Of a DNA stretch of 64,000 nt, positions 33,614-42,985 are shown one piece after another. Made by a program: the position numbers and the translations under genes. Position 1 is the first letter of the stretch; every line of letters begins with the position of its first letter. Below the pieces are notes generated by a model. It made no database searches and was not told where the DNA came from. It was given only the letters and a program-made list of their open reading frames with translations. Source of the DNA: an uncultured delta proteobacterium (GTDB lineage Bacteria > Myxococcota_A > Polyangia > Fen-1088); contig CAVYGB010000002.1 in assembly GCA_963767925.1 (NCBI GenBank), positions 288,001-352,000 of the forward strand, given 5' to 3'.

Positions 33614-35488
33614 ATGAAGAAAGCAGCCACGGCGCGCTGGGGGTCCCTGTTTCTTTCGCTGGCGCTCGGCTGCTCGGGAGGGTCGGCCGGGGGACCTTCG
33701 GGTCCTGGCTCGGGGGGCGGCGGGACCGGTGGCGCGCCGGGGGGCGCGGCGGGGGCGGCTGGCTCGGGCGGCGCGCCGGGTGGCGGGGCCGGGACGAACG
33801 GGGGTGGGGGCGCCGGCGCCGGCGGGGCATCCGGCGGCGCCGGCGCGGTGGGCGGCAACAGCGGCGAACCGGGCAGCGGAGGCGGCGCGGGCAGCGGGCC
33901 GGGGCCGAGCGCGGCACCCGACGCGGGAGGGGGCGCCGCCGACGCGGGTGGCGGAGCCGCGGCCGACGCCGCGCCGGCCGACGGGCTGCCCGCCTTCTCC
34001 TGCGCCACGCTGCTGGCCCCCGGCGGGACGACGAGCCCGTGGGTCCAGGTCGACGCCACCGGCAAGCTGGTCTACCGCGCCCTCAACGCGGGTGGCGATC
34101 GCATCATGGATTTCTCCCACGTCGGCTACGGCGGCGGCGGGGTGGCGCTGCCCGCGGTGCCGGCGGTGGCGACCCTGCAGCCCTCGGGCGGCGACGACAC
34201 GGCGGCGATCCAGGGCGCGCTCGACGCGCTGGCGGGGCAGCCGCTGGCGGGTGATTTCCGGGGCGCGGTCCTGCTGGGGCCAGGCACCTTCCAGATCGCG
34301 GGGAACATCAGCCTGCGGGCCAGCGGCCTGGTCCTGCGCGGCAGCGGCTCGGGCGCGGGCGGCACCGAGATCCAGCTCATCGGCATGCCCCGGCGGGCGT
34401 TTTACATGGAGGGGACGGGCGGCCGCGTGCAGGACGCCGCCAGCGCCGCCACCATCACCGACGACTACGTGCCGGCGGGCGCGCGCAGCTTCACCGTCGA
34501 CCGGCCGCAGGCCTTCCAGGTCGGCGACCCGGTGCTGGTCGGCCGCCCGGTGACGGCCGCCTGGATCAGCCTTGTCGGCATGGACACGCTGGTGCGCAAC
34601 GGGCAGCCCCAGACCTGGATCACCCCGGGCACTGTGCACCGGGGCGAACGGGTTGTCACCGCCATCGAGGGCAACCGGGTCACCGTCGACATCCCCTACC
34701 CTGACTCGTTCGACGGCCGCTACGTCAAGCCGCCCGGCGGATCGATCGTCAAGTACACCTTCCCCGGCCGCATCACCCACGTCGGCATCGAGCACCTGCG
34801 GGTGGTGGGCCAGCCCCGCTCGGCCACCACGAGCTTCTCCTTCCTGCGCATGAGCGCCGTGCGCGACGCCTGGGTCAAGGACGTGGTGGCCCACGACGTG
34901 ACGACGGGGGTGGTCGCCACCGACACCGCCGTGCGGGTGACGATCGAGGACACCCTCATCTCGCACACCCCCGTCGCCTACAACACCGCCGCCGCCCCCT
35001 CCGACTACAACATCGACGGCACCCAGTTCTTCATCCACCGCTCCGGGTCGCGCGGGGGCAACAAGATCTTCTACCACTCGACGGCGAGCGGGGTCGTCGG
35101 GCCCAGCGTGCTGCTCGGCTTTTACGGCTCGGGCATGCGCTCGCACATCCAGCCGCACCAGCGCTGGGCCACCGGCCTGCTTGTAGACGGGGCCCGGCTG
35201 GACCAGGGCAACATCGAGTACCTCAACCGCGGCAACCTCGGATCGGGCCACGGCTGGACCATGGGCTGGGGCGTGATCTGGAACTCCGTCGCGCCGTCCA
35301 TCAAGGCCTTCCAGCCCGAGGGGGTGGCCAACTGGGCCATCGGCAACCAGGGCGCGCCCTCGGGCAACGGCACCTTCGATTCTCACGGCACCCCGGTGGC
35401 CCCCACCAGCCTGTACCTGGCCCAGCTCTGCGAGCGCCTCGGCCCACAGGCCCTGGCCACCCTCGGCTACCCCACCCCCGCGCCCTGA
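33614..35488 (+). CDS. Lipoprotein with Gly-rich linker and pectate-lyase-like beta-helix domain
   Basis: Lipobox LALGC; IMDFSHVGYGGG; DDTAAIQGALD; GAVLLGPGTF; VLRGSG; HQRWATGLLVD. Confidence 0.8.
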   Translation: MKKAATARWGSLFLSLALGCSGGSAGGPSGPGSGGGGTGGAPGGAAGAAGSGGAPGGGAGTNGGGGAGAGGASGGAGAVGGNSGEPGSGGGAGSGPGPSAAPDAGGGAADAGGGAAADAAPADGLPAFSCATLLAPGGTTSPWVQVDATGKLVYRALNAGGDRIMDFSHVGYGGGGVALPAVPAVATLQPSGGDDTAAIQGALDALAGQPLAGDFRGAVLLGPGTFQIAGNISLRASGLVLRGSGSGAGGTEIQLIGMPRRAFYMEGTGGRVQDAASAATITDDYVPAGARSFTVDRPQAFQVGDPVLVGRPVTAAWISLVGMDTLVRNGQPQTWITPGTVHRGERVVTAIEGNRVTVDIPYPDSFDGRYVKPPGGSIVKYTFPGRITHVGIEHLRVVGQPRSATTSFSFLRMSAVRDAWVKDVVAHDVTTGVVATDTAVRVTIEDTLISHTPVAYNTAAAPSDYNIDGTQFFIHRSGSRGGNKIFYHSTASGVVGPSVLLGFYGSGMRSHIQPHQRWATGLLVDGARLDQGNIEYLNRGNLGSGHGWTMGWGVIWNSVAPSIKAFQPEGVANWAIGNQGAPSGNGTFDSHGTPVAPTSLYLAQLCERLGPQALATLGYPTPAP

Positions 35489-35592
35489 GGGTGTGTCCCG
35501 ACTCGGACTCTCAAACACCTCCAAAAGGGGAAATCCAGATCGGCCTCTGATAGGAACGATCGCGACGCGACAACTCCCATCTGGAGCACACC

Positions 35593-36483
35593 ATGCGCGC
35601 GAGCCGCCTGCTGCCGATCCTCTCCGGGCTCCTCCTGTCTCCGGCCACCGCCGACGCCACCGCCACCGCCACCGCCGAACCGGGCGACGGCGAGCTGAAC
35701 CCCCGCGAGCTGGCCGCGCGCGACAAGTGCGACGACGGGCGCACGCGGGCGGGGGTGGCGCTGTTCGCCCAGCTCTTCGTCGAGACCCTCGACCCGATCT
35801 ACATCTACCGCCAGGCCCAGTGCTACCAGCGCAACGATCACGACGAGAGCGCGATCGAGCGCTACCGCGAGTACCTGCGCCGCCGCCCCGACGCCAGCGA
35901 GCGCGACCGGCAGTGGATCGAGGCGCGCATCGGGGAGATCGAGGCCAAGATCCCGGGCGCCACCGCGGTGGACCGGTCGCTGATCGAGCCGCCGCCGCTC
36001 GCCTTCGCAACCACCACGGCGGCGCCACCGCCAGCCCACGCCGCGAGCCTCGCGGCCGTCCGTGCGCCCGCGACCGCCTCCCGCTCCACGCCGGGCTCCG
36101 CCTCTGCACCCGGCGGGCTCCAGCCGGACCTCGGGGCGCGGGCGGCGCCGCCGCCACCGGCCGGCCGGTTCTTCGATCAGTCGTGGCAGCGGGTCTCCTC
36201 GCTGGTGCTGGCGACCGGGGCGGGGGCCGCCCTGGGGACCGCGCTGACCTTCCACGTCGCCCGCGACGACGGCCCCCGGCGCCTCAGCCTGGAGGCGCGG
36301 ATGCGGTCGCCCCAGGCGGTGCCCCTCATCGGCTACGCCGCCGCCGCCCTGCTGGCCGGCGGATCCACGGTCCTCTACCTCAGCGCGCCCGAGAGCCGGC
36401 CCGGCCCGCCGCCCGCGCTGGCCGCCCTCTCCTGCACCCCGCAGGCGGCCCTCGCGGGCGTCACCTGCGGCGGCCGCTTCTGA
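35593..36483 (+). CDS. Secreted TPR protein with C-terminal hydrophobic hairpin and Cys-x10-Cys-x3-Phe end
   Basis: Signal peptide; YIYRQAQCYQR...AIERYREYLR; two hydrophobic segments; ends CTPQAALAGVTCGGRF. Confidence 0.75.
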   Translation: MRASRLLPILSGLLLSPATADATATATAEPGDGELNPRELAARDKCDDGRTRAGVALFAQLFVETLDPIYIYRQAQCYQRNDHDESAIERYREYLRRRPDASERDRQWIEARIGEIEAKIPGATAVDRSLIEPPPLAFATTTAAPPPAHAASLAAVRAPATASRSTPGSASAPGGLQPDLGARAAPPPPAGRFFDQSWQRVSSLVLATGAGAALGTALTFHVARDDGPRRLSLEARMRSPQAVPLIGYAAAALLAGGSTVLYLSAPESRPGPPPALAALSCTPQAALAGVTCGGRF

Positions 36484-36526
36484 TCGCGGCAGCAGCCGGC
36501 GCCAGATCGCATAGAGTGCCGCCCGG

Positions 36527-37390
36527 ATGATGTCCGAGGCGGACGCAGCACGACACGCGGATCGGGTCCGGCGCTATTACGACAACAACGCCGCTCGCTT
36601 CGAGCGCTATGGCCAGGGAGGCGCGTCGATCCACCGCGCCGTCTGGGGACCCGGCGTCAGCAGCCGGCCGGCCGCCTTCCACTACGTCGACGAGCTGATC
36701 CGGCAAACCTTGCCCGAGGGGACCACCCGCCCCCGCGTCGTCGATCTCGGCTGCGGGGTGGGGGCCACCCTGCTCTACCTGGCCAGCCAGCTCGATCTGC
36801 AGGGCGAGGGGATCACCATCAGCCCGGCCCAGGCCGCGCGCGCCGCCCAGCTCATCGCCGCCGCCGGCGCCGGTGGCCGGGTGCGCTGCCGCGAGGGGAA
36901 CTACCTGGCGCCCCCCGCCGACCTGACCGGCGCCGATCTCGCCTACTCGATCGAGGCCTTCGTGCACGGCCCCGACGCCGCCCGCTACTTCCGCGCGGCG
37001 GCCGGGCTGCTGCGGCCGGGTGGCAAGCTCGTCGTGTGCGATGACTTCCTCACCCCCCGCGCGCTGCAGCCGCCGCCGGCCGCGGCCCGCTGGCTGGACG
37101 AGTTTCGCCAGGGCTGGCGGGTGGGCTCGCTGGTCAGCGTCGAGCAGGCCCGCGACCTGGCCGGCGCCGCCGGGCTGGTCCCCGCGCAGGACCTCGACCT
37201 CACCCCCTACCTCGAGCTGCGCCGCCCCCGCGACCGCCTCATCAGCCTGCTCGTCGCGCTGGCCCGCCCCCTGCGCATCGATCGCGACTACTGGCAGTCC
37301 CTGGTGGGGGGAAACGCGCTCCAGCGTGCGCTGGGCGCCGGATATCTCAGCTACCGCTTCCTCGTCTTCGAGCGCCGTCCGGGAGCCTGA
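36527..37390 (+). CDS. SAM-dependent methyltransferase (tocopherol/sterol C-methyltransferase-like)
   Basis: VRRYYD..IHRAVW, VVDLGCGVG, GITISPAQ and LRPGGKLVVCD motifs. Confidence 0.85.
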   Translation: MMSEADAARHADRVRRYYDNNAARFERYGQGGASIHRAVWGPGVSSRPAAFHYVDELIRQTLPEGTTRPRVVDLGCGVGATLLYLASQLDLQGEGITISPAQAARAAQLIAAAGAGGRVRCREGNYLAPPADLTGADLAYSIEAFVHGPDAARYFRAAAGLLRPGGKLVVCDDFLTPRALQPPPAAARWLDEFRQGWRVGSLVSVEQARDLAGAAGLVPAQDLDLTPYLELRRPRDRLISLLVALARPLRIDRDYWQSLVGGNALQRALGAGYLSYRFLVFERRPGA

Positions 37391-38008
37391 GCGCGATCGG
37401 GCCGCCGCGCAGACCCTTCACCCCTATCAGTTCCATCGGGGCCGGGATCTCGGTCGCAAATCCGACCTTGATCGCCCATCCCCGCCGCCCTGCCCCGGGG
37501 CCGAGATCGGTGGGCCGCGCACTCCGGAGGCTGCCGGCGCAGCCGCACCTGGCGGCGACTCCGAGCGAAGGAGGGCAAACAGACCCCACCAAGGCCCCCT
37601 CTGACCTCGACCATTCGCCGAGCGCCGTCAGATCCCTGCGCCTACGCTTCGGGAGCTGTGACCCCGTTGCCCCGCTTCCCAAGCCCGCCGGTCGAGGCCG
37701 GGGCCTCACGGTCGGTTCTCCTCAGTGTCAGTGGGCTCACGACTTCGATCCGCAGAACTACGCCTGGCCCGAGGTTTCGTCTGAATCCACAATACCCCAT
37801 CATTTATCCGGAGATCGATCTTCGTATCGTGGGGTCCGGCGTACGCCTCCCCAGGAGGATGGTCATACGAAGATCGCGATCCTTCGCTCGTCGCCATCAA
37901 GGCGTGGCGAGACCTCAATGATCAGGAAGTCATCGGGCGACCCTGGTCACCCTGTTGGGAAGACCGCGCGTGGTCTCATGGGATGCTGGCGGACAGGGAT
38001 CCGTCGCA

Positions 38009-39790
38009 TCAGAGTTTCAAGATGTATTCGGACCTTTCCTGTTCTGGAGCTGGGCTCCGGCGGGAGGGAAGAGGATGCCGCTCAGCAGGTGGAAGCACCT
38101 CGTCCGAGAGGGACGGGCGTAGTCCGAGGACCACCGTCTGATCAGAGAGGGGGCTGATTGACAGTCGCTTCTCCTCATAGCCGGGAGCGCGAAAGGTCAT
38201 GGCCAGAGCCCGGGATCCTCGACGCACTCTCAGCGGCCAGCGGACTTCCTGCCCCTCGAGGATGGCAACGAGTCCGGAGGGCGCATCTGCGAGGTAAATC
38301 GTGACATCGACCGAAGCGCCATCGGGGATGTTCCCCACTGCTGCGGCGGCGGGTTCGGATTCCGCCACCACGGACGCGGCGGCCCCTGCCGGCGCAGGCG
38401 GGGCGACGATCTCCGAGGTGGCGGTGGCTGGTGCGACCGGCTCCGAGACGGCCAGCTCGATCGGGGGCGTGCTGGATCGAGAGAGATGAAGGGCCGCCAA
38501 GACCACGGCGAGGGCCCCCGCAGCGGCGACTATCCAGGGAGCAGCCTTCCCTTTTCGGATGGAACGCGCTTCGTGGGTTCGCGTCTCCGACAATCCGTGC
38601 GCCTCTTGTGGCTCCGTAGGAGGGCAGGCCTGGGCGTCCGGTCGTACCTGAGGTGAAGTCTGCAAGGGTGCCAGCGGCGCGGGAGCAGCCAGGACCAAAG
38701 CGTTCATCCGGGGATGGTAGCGTTCGGTCTCCGGGGCACGCCCGTGCGCTGGCTGAGCGAGCATGGGGGCGCCAAGGAAGTCGGCCCATGCTGCGCGCAC
38801 CTTCGGGGAGGCGAACGGAAAGAGCGCCGCGCCAAGGGCCCGCACGGTCGGAAACCTGGCTTCGCGGACGGTGGCGAGGGCGCGAAGAACGGCCGCCTCC
38901 AGGGCGGGCGGGAGATCTCCTCGCAGCCGAGAAGGTGCAGGGAACTTACCCTGCTGGATGCTGCGCAGGAGTACCTGCCGATTGTCGTCGTCGTATGGGC
39001 GGTGCCCCGTCAGGCATTCGTACAGTACGACGCCGAGAGCGTACTGGTCGGTTCGTACGTCGACCTCGGCCCCCGTGACCTGCTCGGGCGACAAGTACGG
39101 TGTGGTCCCCAGGATGGCGCCAGGATCGGTCAGGGAGGCTGACAGACCTGGCTTCAGCACCTTCGAGATCCCGAAGTCGAGGACCTTCGCCGAGATCTCC
39201 TCGCCGGGACCGCGAGCAAGAAAGATGTTCGAAGGCTTGAGGTCCCGATGGATGACCCCGGCCTGGTGGGCGGCGGACACGCCCGCGCAGACGCCGAGCA
39301 TGATGTCAGCTGTCTGCCCGACTGTCAGACCGCCGATCAGACGGTCGAGCCGGCTGCCGAGGTCCTCGCCGCGAAAGAGTTGCATCACGATGAAGAGAAG
39401 CGAGTCGTCGGCCGCACCATAGTCGGTGACCTTCACCACGTTGGGGTGGTCGATCTTCGAAACAGCCTCGGCCTCGCGAAGGAAGCGTGCGCGCGCGCGC
39501 GCGTCCGTCGCGAGGTCCTCGGCCAGCACCTTGAGCGCCACCACCTTTCCAATGTCGATGTGGGTGGCCTCGTAGACCGCGCCCATGCCGCCCGCGCCGA
39601 GCGCGCGGTCGATGCGGTATCGGCCAAGCGTGGTCCCCACCCCGAGCGGGGCCGGATTGGTGCTCCGAGGAGGCGACAGCGGGCGAGGGCGCTCCCGTCT
39701 GGTCGGCAGGGTCCGGGCGGATTCGCTCTTGGGGTCGTCCGATCCTGACAAGCGCCCCGATTCTATCGACCCGGGGCGCGCTGCCGACAA
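38009..39790 (-). CDS. Membrane Ser/Thr kinase with C-terminal PEGA-like domain
   Basis: GAGGMG, VALK, HRDLKPSN, DFG and YLSPEQ motifs; TM WIVAAAGALAVVLAAL; FRAPGYE. Start uncertain. Confidence 0.92.
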   Translation of the reverse strand: MSAARPGSIESGRLSGSDDPKSESARTLPTRRERPRPLSPPRSTNPAPLGVGTTLGRYRIDRALGAGGMGAVYEATHIDIGKVVALKVLAEDLATDARARARFLREAEAVSKIDHPNVVKVTDYGAADDSLLFIVMQLFRGEDLGSRLDRLIGGLTVGQTADIMLGVCAGVSAAHQAGVIHRDLKPSNIFLARGPGEEISAKVLDFGISKVLKPGLSASLTDPGAILGTTPYLSPEQVTGAEVDVRTDQYALGVVLYECLTGHRPYDDDNRQVLLRSIQQGKFPAPSRLRGDLPPALEAAVLRALATVREARFPTVRALGAALFPFASPKVRAAWADFLGAPMLAQPAHGRAPETERYHPRMNALVLAAPAPLAPLQTSPQVRPDAQACPPTEPQEAHGLSETRTHEARSIRKGKAAPWIVAAAGALAVVLAALHLSRSSTPPIELAVSEPVAPATATSEIVAPPAPAGAAASVVAESEPAAAAVGNIPDGASVDVTIYLADAPSGLVAILEGQEVRWPLRVRRGSRALAMTFRAPGYEEKRLSISPLSDQTVVLGLRPSLSDEVLPPAERHPLPSRRSPAPEQERSEYILKL

Positions 39791-39836
39791 AATGATATGA
39801 CTTCATGGCCCAACCCCCGGCGCTTCGGCCTAGGAT

Positions 39837-41531
39837 GTGCAAAGTAATGGATGCGTCGCGCCGAGCGACCACCGCAAGCTCCACCTATTTACTGAGATGC
39901 ACATGAACCGACCCGGAAGATCAGGCGCGCGCGCGACCACCTCGGCAGCGGTGGTCGCCATTCTGCTCTGCTCGGCCCTTCCGTTTTCCGCACGGGCGCT
40001 CGAACCCAGCGAGAGAGAGAGGGCGGAAGCGGCTGTCGCAGACGGCGCGAAGATGTTCGACCAGGGCAGATTCCAGGACGCGCTTTCCAGGTACGAGGCC
40101 GCTTACGCCATCTTCCCCAGTCCCAAGATCTTCTACAGCATGGCTTTCGCCTATCAGCGCCTGGGGAAGAATGTTCCGGCCTTCAACTCCTTGGAGCGCT
40201 TCCTGCGCGATGCGCGCGACGCTGAGCCCAAGCATCTGGCCGAGGCACGGGCGGAGCTGGGGCGCCTGACGCGCAAGGTGGCTTTCGTGGCGATCTCCTG
40301 TGATACCGACCACGCCGAGGTTTTCCTCGACGGGGCTGCTATCGGATCTACCCCCCTGTCGGGCCGCATGACGGTTGACCCCGGCCGTCACGAGATCCTG
40401 ATCCGAAGCGGGCCGCTCGGAAGCCGGACGAAGACCTTCGGCGCGATCGCCGGGCGCGCGATGGACTTGCGGATCGACCTGCGGGCCGAGCGCTTTGGCT
40501 CAGCTGGCGCACAGGATCGTGCTCCCAAGCGTGCCTTGCCGTCCTCGGGACCTTCAAAGGCGGAAGCGCTCATTCGCGAGGCCACGGACCTGCGCAAGGC
40601 CGGTAAGGACGCCCGTGCCTATCCTCTCTTTCAAGAAGCGTACGAGGTCGAGACCACGCCGCGAACGGCGGCCCAGCTCGGCCTGGTCGAGATCCAGCTC
40701 GGTTACTGGCTGGAGGCGGAGCGCCACTTGACCGAAGCCCTCGCGTCTCCGCGGGATCCCTGGACCTCCGGAAACAGAGGGGACTTGGAGGCGAGTCTGG
40801 CCCGGGTGAAGGCGGCTATCGGCGAGGTTTTCGTGACGGGGACGCCGGCCGGAGCGACGGTCCTGGTGAACGGGAAACCCTCTGGCAGTCTGCCCGTGGC
40901 CCTGGTTCGTGCCGGCGAAGGCCCGGTGAACGTCGAGGTTCGGGCTCCCGGCCACGCGCCCATCTATCGGTCGCTTATCGTTCTGGGCGGTCGGCGCGAG
41001 GCGGTTCCAGTGGCGCTCGAGAAGGAAGAGACCACTCCCTTGTCGCTGAACCAGACCTCAGCATTGGGAGCAAGGACGACGGGAAGCGATCCGTCCACCT
41101 CGCTCGCACACGACTACCCGACCACGCGGGATGGCTTCCCTGGGCTGGCACGTCCGCTCGGTTGGACGGCCGCCGGCCTGGCGGCGGCCGTCGTAGCATT
41201 TGGCGCTTACCAGCATGCGGTCTGGAGGTCGAAGTTCCGCGAGTTCGAGAGCTTCGTGGTGCCCACTTCGCCGGGGCAGCCGCCTTCGACGAGTAGGGGC
41301 GATTGCGGTGCCCGCGAACCAAACCGTGGCAAGGACGGCTGCGCGACCATCTATTCGGCCTACACACGGGCAAGAACATTCGCGATCGCCAGCTACGTCG
41401 CGGGCGGGCTTCTCGCCGCGGGTGCCGTGACGATGTTCGTGATCGTCCCCCGGGAGGGAGGCGCGGGCTCGGAAATGGCCTGCGGGCCGTCGCCCTCCTT
41501 TTCTGGAGGATGGTGTCGTCTCGCATTTTGA
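39837..41531 (+). CDS. Secreted protein with tandem TPR-PEGA modules and C-terminal Cys-x10-Cys-x3-Phe
   Basis: Signal ending ARA; two TPR+PEGA units (AEVFLDG..IGSTP..PGRHEI; GATVLVNG..VEVRAPGH); ends CGPSPSFSGGWCRLAF. True start may be near 39903. Confidence 0.85.
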   Translation: MQSNGCVAPSDHRKLHLFTEMHMNRPGRSGARATTSAAVVAILLCSALPFSARALEPSERERAEAAVADGAKMFDQGRFQDALSRYEAAYAIFPSPKIFYSMAFAYQRLGKNVPAFNSLERFLRDARDAEPKHLAEARAELGRLTRKVAFVAISCDTDHAEVFLDGAAIGSTPLSGRMTVDPGRHEILIRSGPLGSRTKTFGAIAGRAMDLRIDLRAERFGSAGAQDRAPKRALPSSGPSKAEALIREATDLRKAGKDARAYPLFQEAYEVETTPRTAAQLGLVEIQLGYWLEAERHLTEALASPRDPWTSGNRGDLEASLARVKAAIGEVFVTGTPAGATVLVNGKPSGSLPVALVRAGEGPVNVEVRAPGHAPIYRSLIVLGGRREAVPVALEKEETTPLSLNQTSALGARTTGSDPSTSLAHDYPTTRDGFPGLARPLGWTAAGLAAAVVAFGAYQHAVWRSKFREFESFVVPTSPGQPPSTSRGDCGAREPNRGKDGCATIYSAYTRARTFAIASYVAGGLLAAGAVTMFVIVPREGGAGSEMACGPSPSFSGGWCRLAF

Positions 41532-41628
41532 CGGACGCGCGGCCCTCCTTCAGCACCGCGATCGCACGCAAGATTCCGACTTTGCTAGACTCCCCGACTC
41601 CCAAATCGTTCCAGACCACGGACAGCAC

Positions 41629-42978
41629 ATGAGCAAGACCACGCTTCTCGCGATTGGATCCGTATTCCTGATACTCGTCGGAGCCTGCGACGAACCTCGT
41701 CCGCATGCACTCGGCACCCCACCACCGACTGATGGATCGGTGGCGAATGGCCCTGTGGGTGGTTCCGGACCCACCGGCCATCCGGACGCGTCCTCTGGTG
41801 GTACCGGCGGTTTTGCGAGTCCCGGTTCCGGCGGATCAGGAGGGGGAAACGGCAGTGTCGCTGGAGCGAGCGGGTCAGGTGGCTCCGGAGAGGGAGGAAC
41901 CAACGGTGGCACGCCCGGCTCGATCGATGGCCCTTCGGGCGGCGGTGCAGGCGGCAACATGACCGTGCCGCCGGCGGATGCCTCGGTGCCGCCGCCGTTG
42001 CCCGATGCCGCATCACCTTCTCCTGATTCAGCTGCGCCGATGCCATCGTGCATGAGCACGTGCGCCCCGGGGAACACCCGGTGCCAAGGCGGAGTTCAAC
42101 CCTGTGTGATGATGGCCAACGGCTGTGCCGACTGGGGAGCGGTCACGGACCTCTGCACCGGCAGGGCGTGCGCGCAGGGTGCTTGTACCGGGAACTGTGA
42201 GCCGGGCAAGACACAGTGTGCTGGTCCGCAGGGAACTCAGCCGCAGGTTTGCACCGGCGCGGGCGTGTGGGCCAACGGTGGCAGCGCCTCGTGCAAAAAG
42301 CCCAATGGACAGGGGTGCAGCGGCTCTTCGGATTGCGTGAACGGCAACTGCGTGATGGGCATCTGCTGTGCGACCCAGTGTCCCGCCGCCGGCGCGGGCC
42401 AGTGTGGCAACACAGGATTCTGCGATGGGGGAACGTGCCGGAAGAACGCGGGCGCGAGCTGCGGTCGACAGGAGTGCAGCGACAGTCGTGAAGCTGGCTT
42501 CGGGACGTGCAACGGGAGCGGCGTCTGCGCTAATCGCGCGAACCGACCCTGCCCGGGGGGCCTTGTTTGCGAAGGCAGTACGAGGTGTGCCGAGACCTGC
42601 GTGGTGGGGTTGGCCGGCGGAAGCTGCCCGTCGGACAGGTTCTGCGAGTCAGAGAGGAGGTGTTCCCCCCGGGTTGGTCAGCACAAGGTGTGTAGGGGCA
42701 TCGGCAGCGGCGAGTGCAGCAATGGCCTCTCCTGCACGGCGGGCTTCTGCTGCAGGGGTACGTGCATCGCGCCGGGGCAACGGTGTACGCGCGATCCGAA
42801 CGATTGTGCGTCGGGGCTGTGCAACTATGCGCGGACCAAGGTCTGCTCCAACGACCCGACACGGACCGAGTGCGACCGGGTTCTCGAGCCGCCTATCCCC
42901 CTGGCCGAGTACTGCGGCAGTCCGGATGCCCGATGCATCGATGGAATCGACTTGAACAAGTCGTTCTGCGGTCCGTAG
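41629..42978 (+). CDS. Cys-rich lipoprotein with Gly-rich linker
   Basis: Lipobox LVGAC; many CxxxxC and CC repeats (C..GNCVMGICC). Confidence 0.85.
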   Translation: MSKTTLLAIGSVFLILVGACDEPRPHALGTPPPTDGSVANGPVGGSGPTGHPDASSGGTGGFASPGSGGSGGGNGSVAGASGSGGSGEGGTNGGTPGSIDGPSGGGAGGNMTVPPADASVPPPLPDAASPSPDSAAPMPSCMSTCAPGNTRCQGGVQPCVMMANGCADWGAVTDLCTGRACAQGACTGNCEPGKTQCAGPQGTQPQVCTGAGVWANGGSASCKKPNGQGCSGSSDCVNGNCVMGICCATQCPAAGAGQCGNTGFCDGGTCRKNAGASCGRQECSDSREAGFGTCNGSGVCANRANRPCPGGLVCEGSTRCAETCVVGLAGGSCPSDRFCESERRCSPRVGQHKVCRGIGSGECSNGLSCTAGFCCRGTCIAPGQRCTRDPNDCASGLCNYARTKVCSNDPTRTECDRVLEPPIPLAEYCGSPDARCIDGIDLNKSFCGP

Positions 42979-42985
42979 ATCGGCA

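Noticed and set aside
37400..38008. tRNA/att site or small CDS at the island edge
   Set aside because: No cloverleaf, T-loop motif or flanking direct repeat; the short ORFs lack support.
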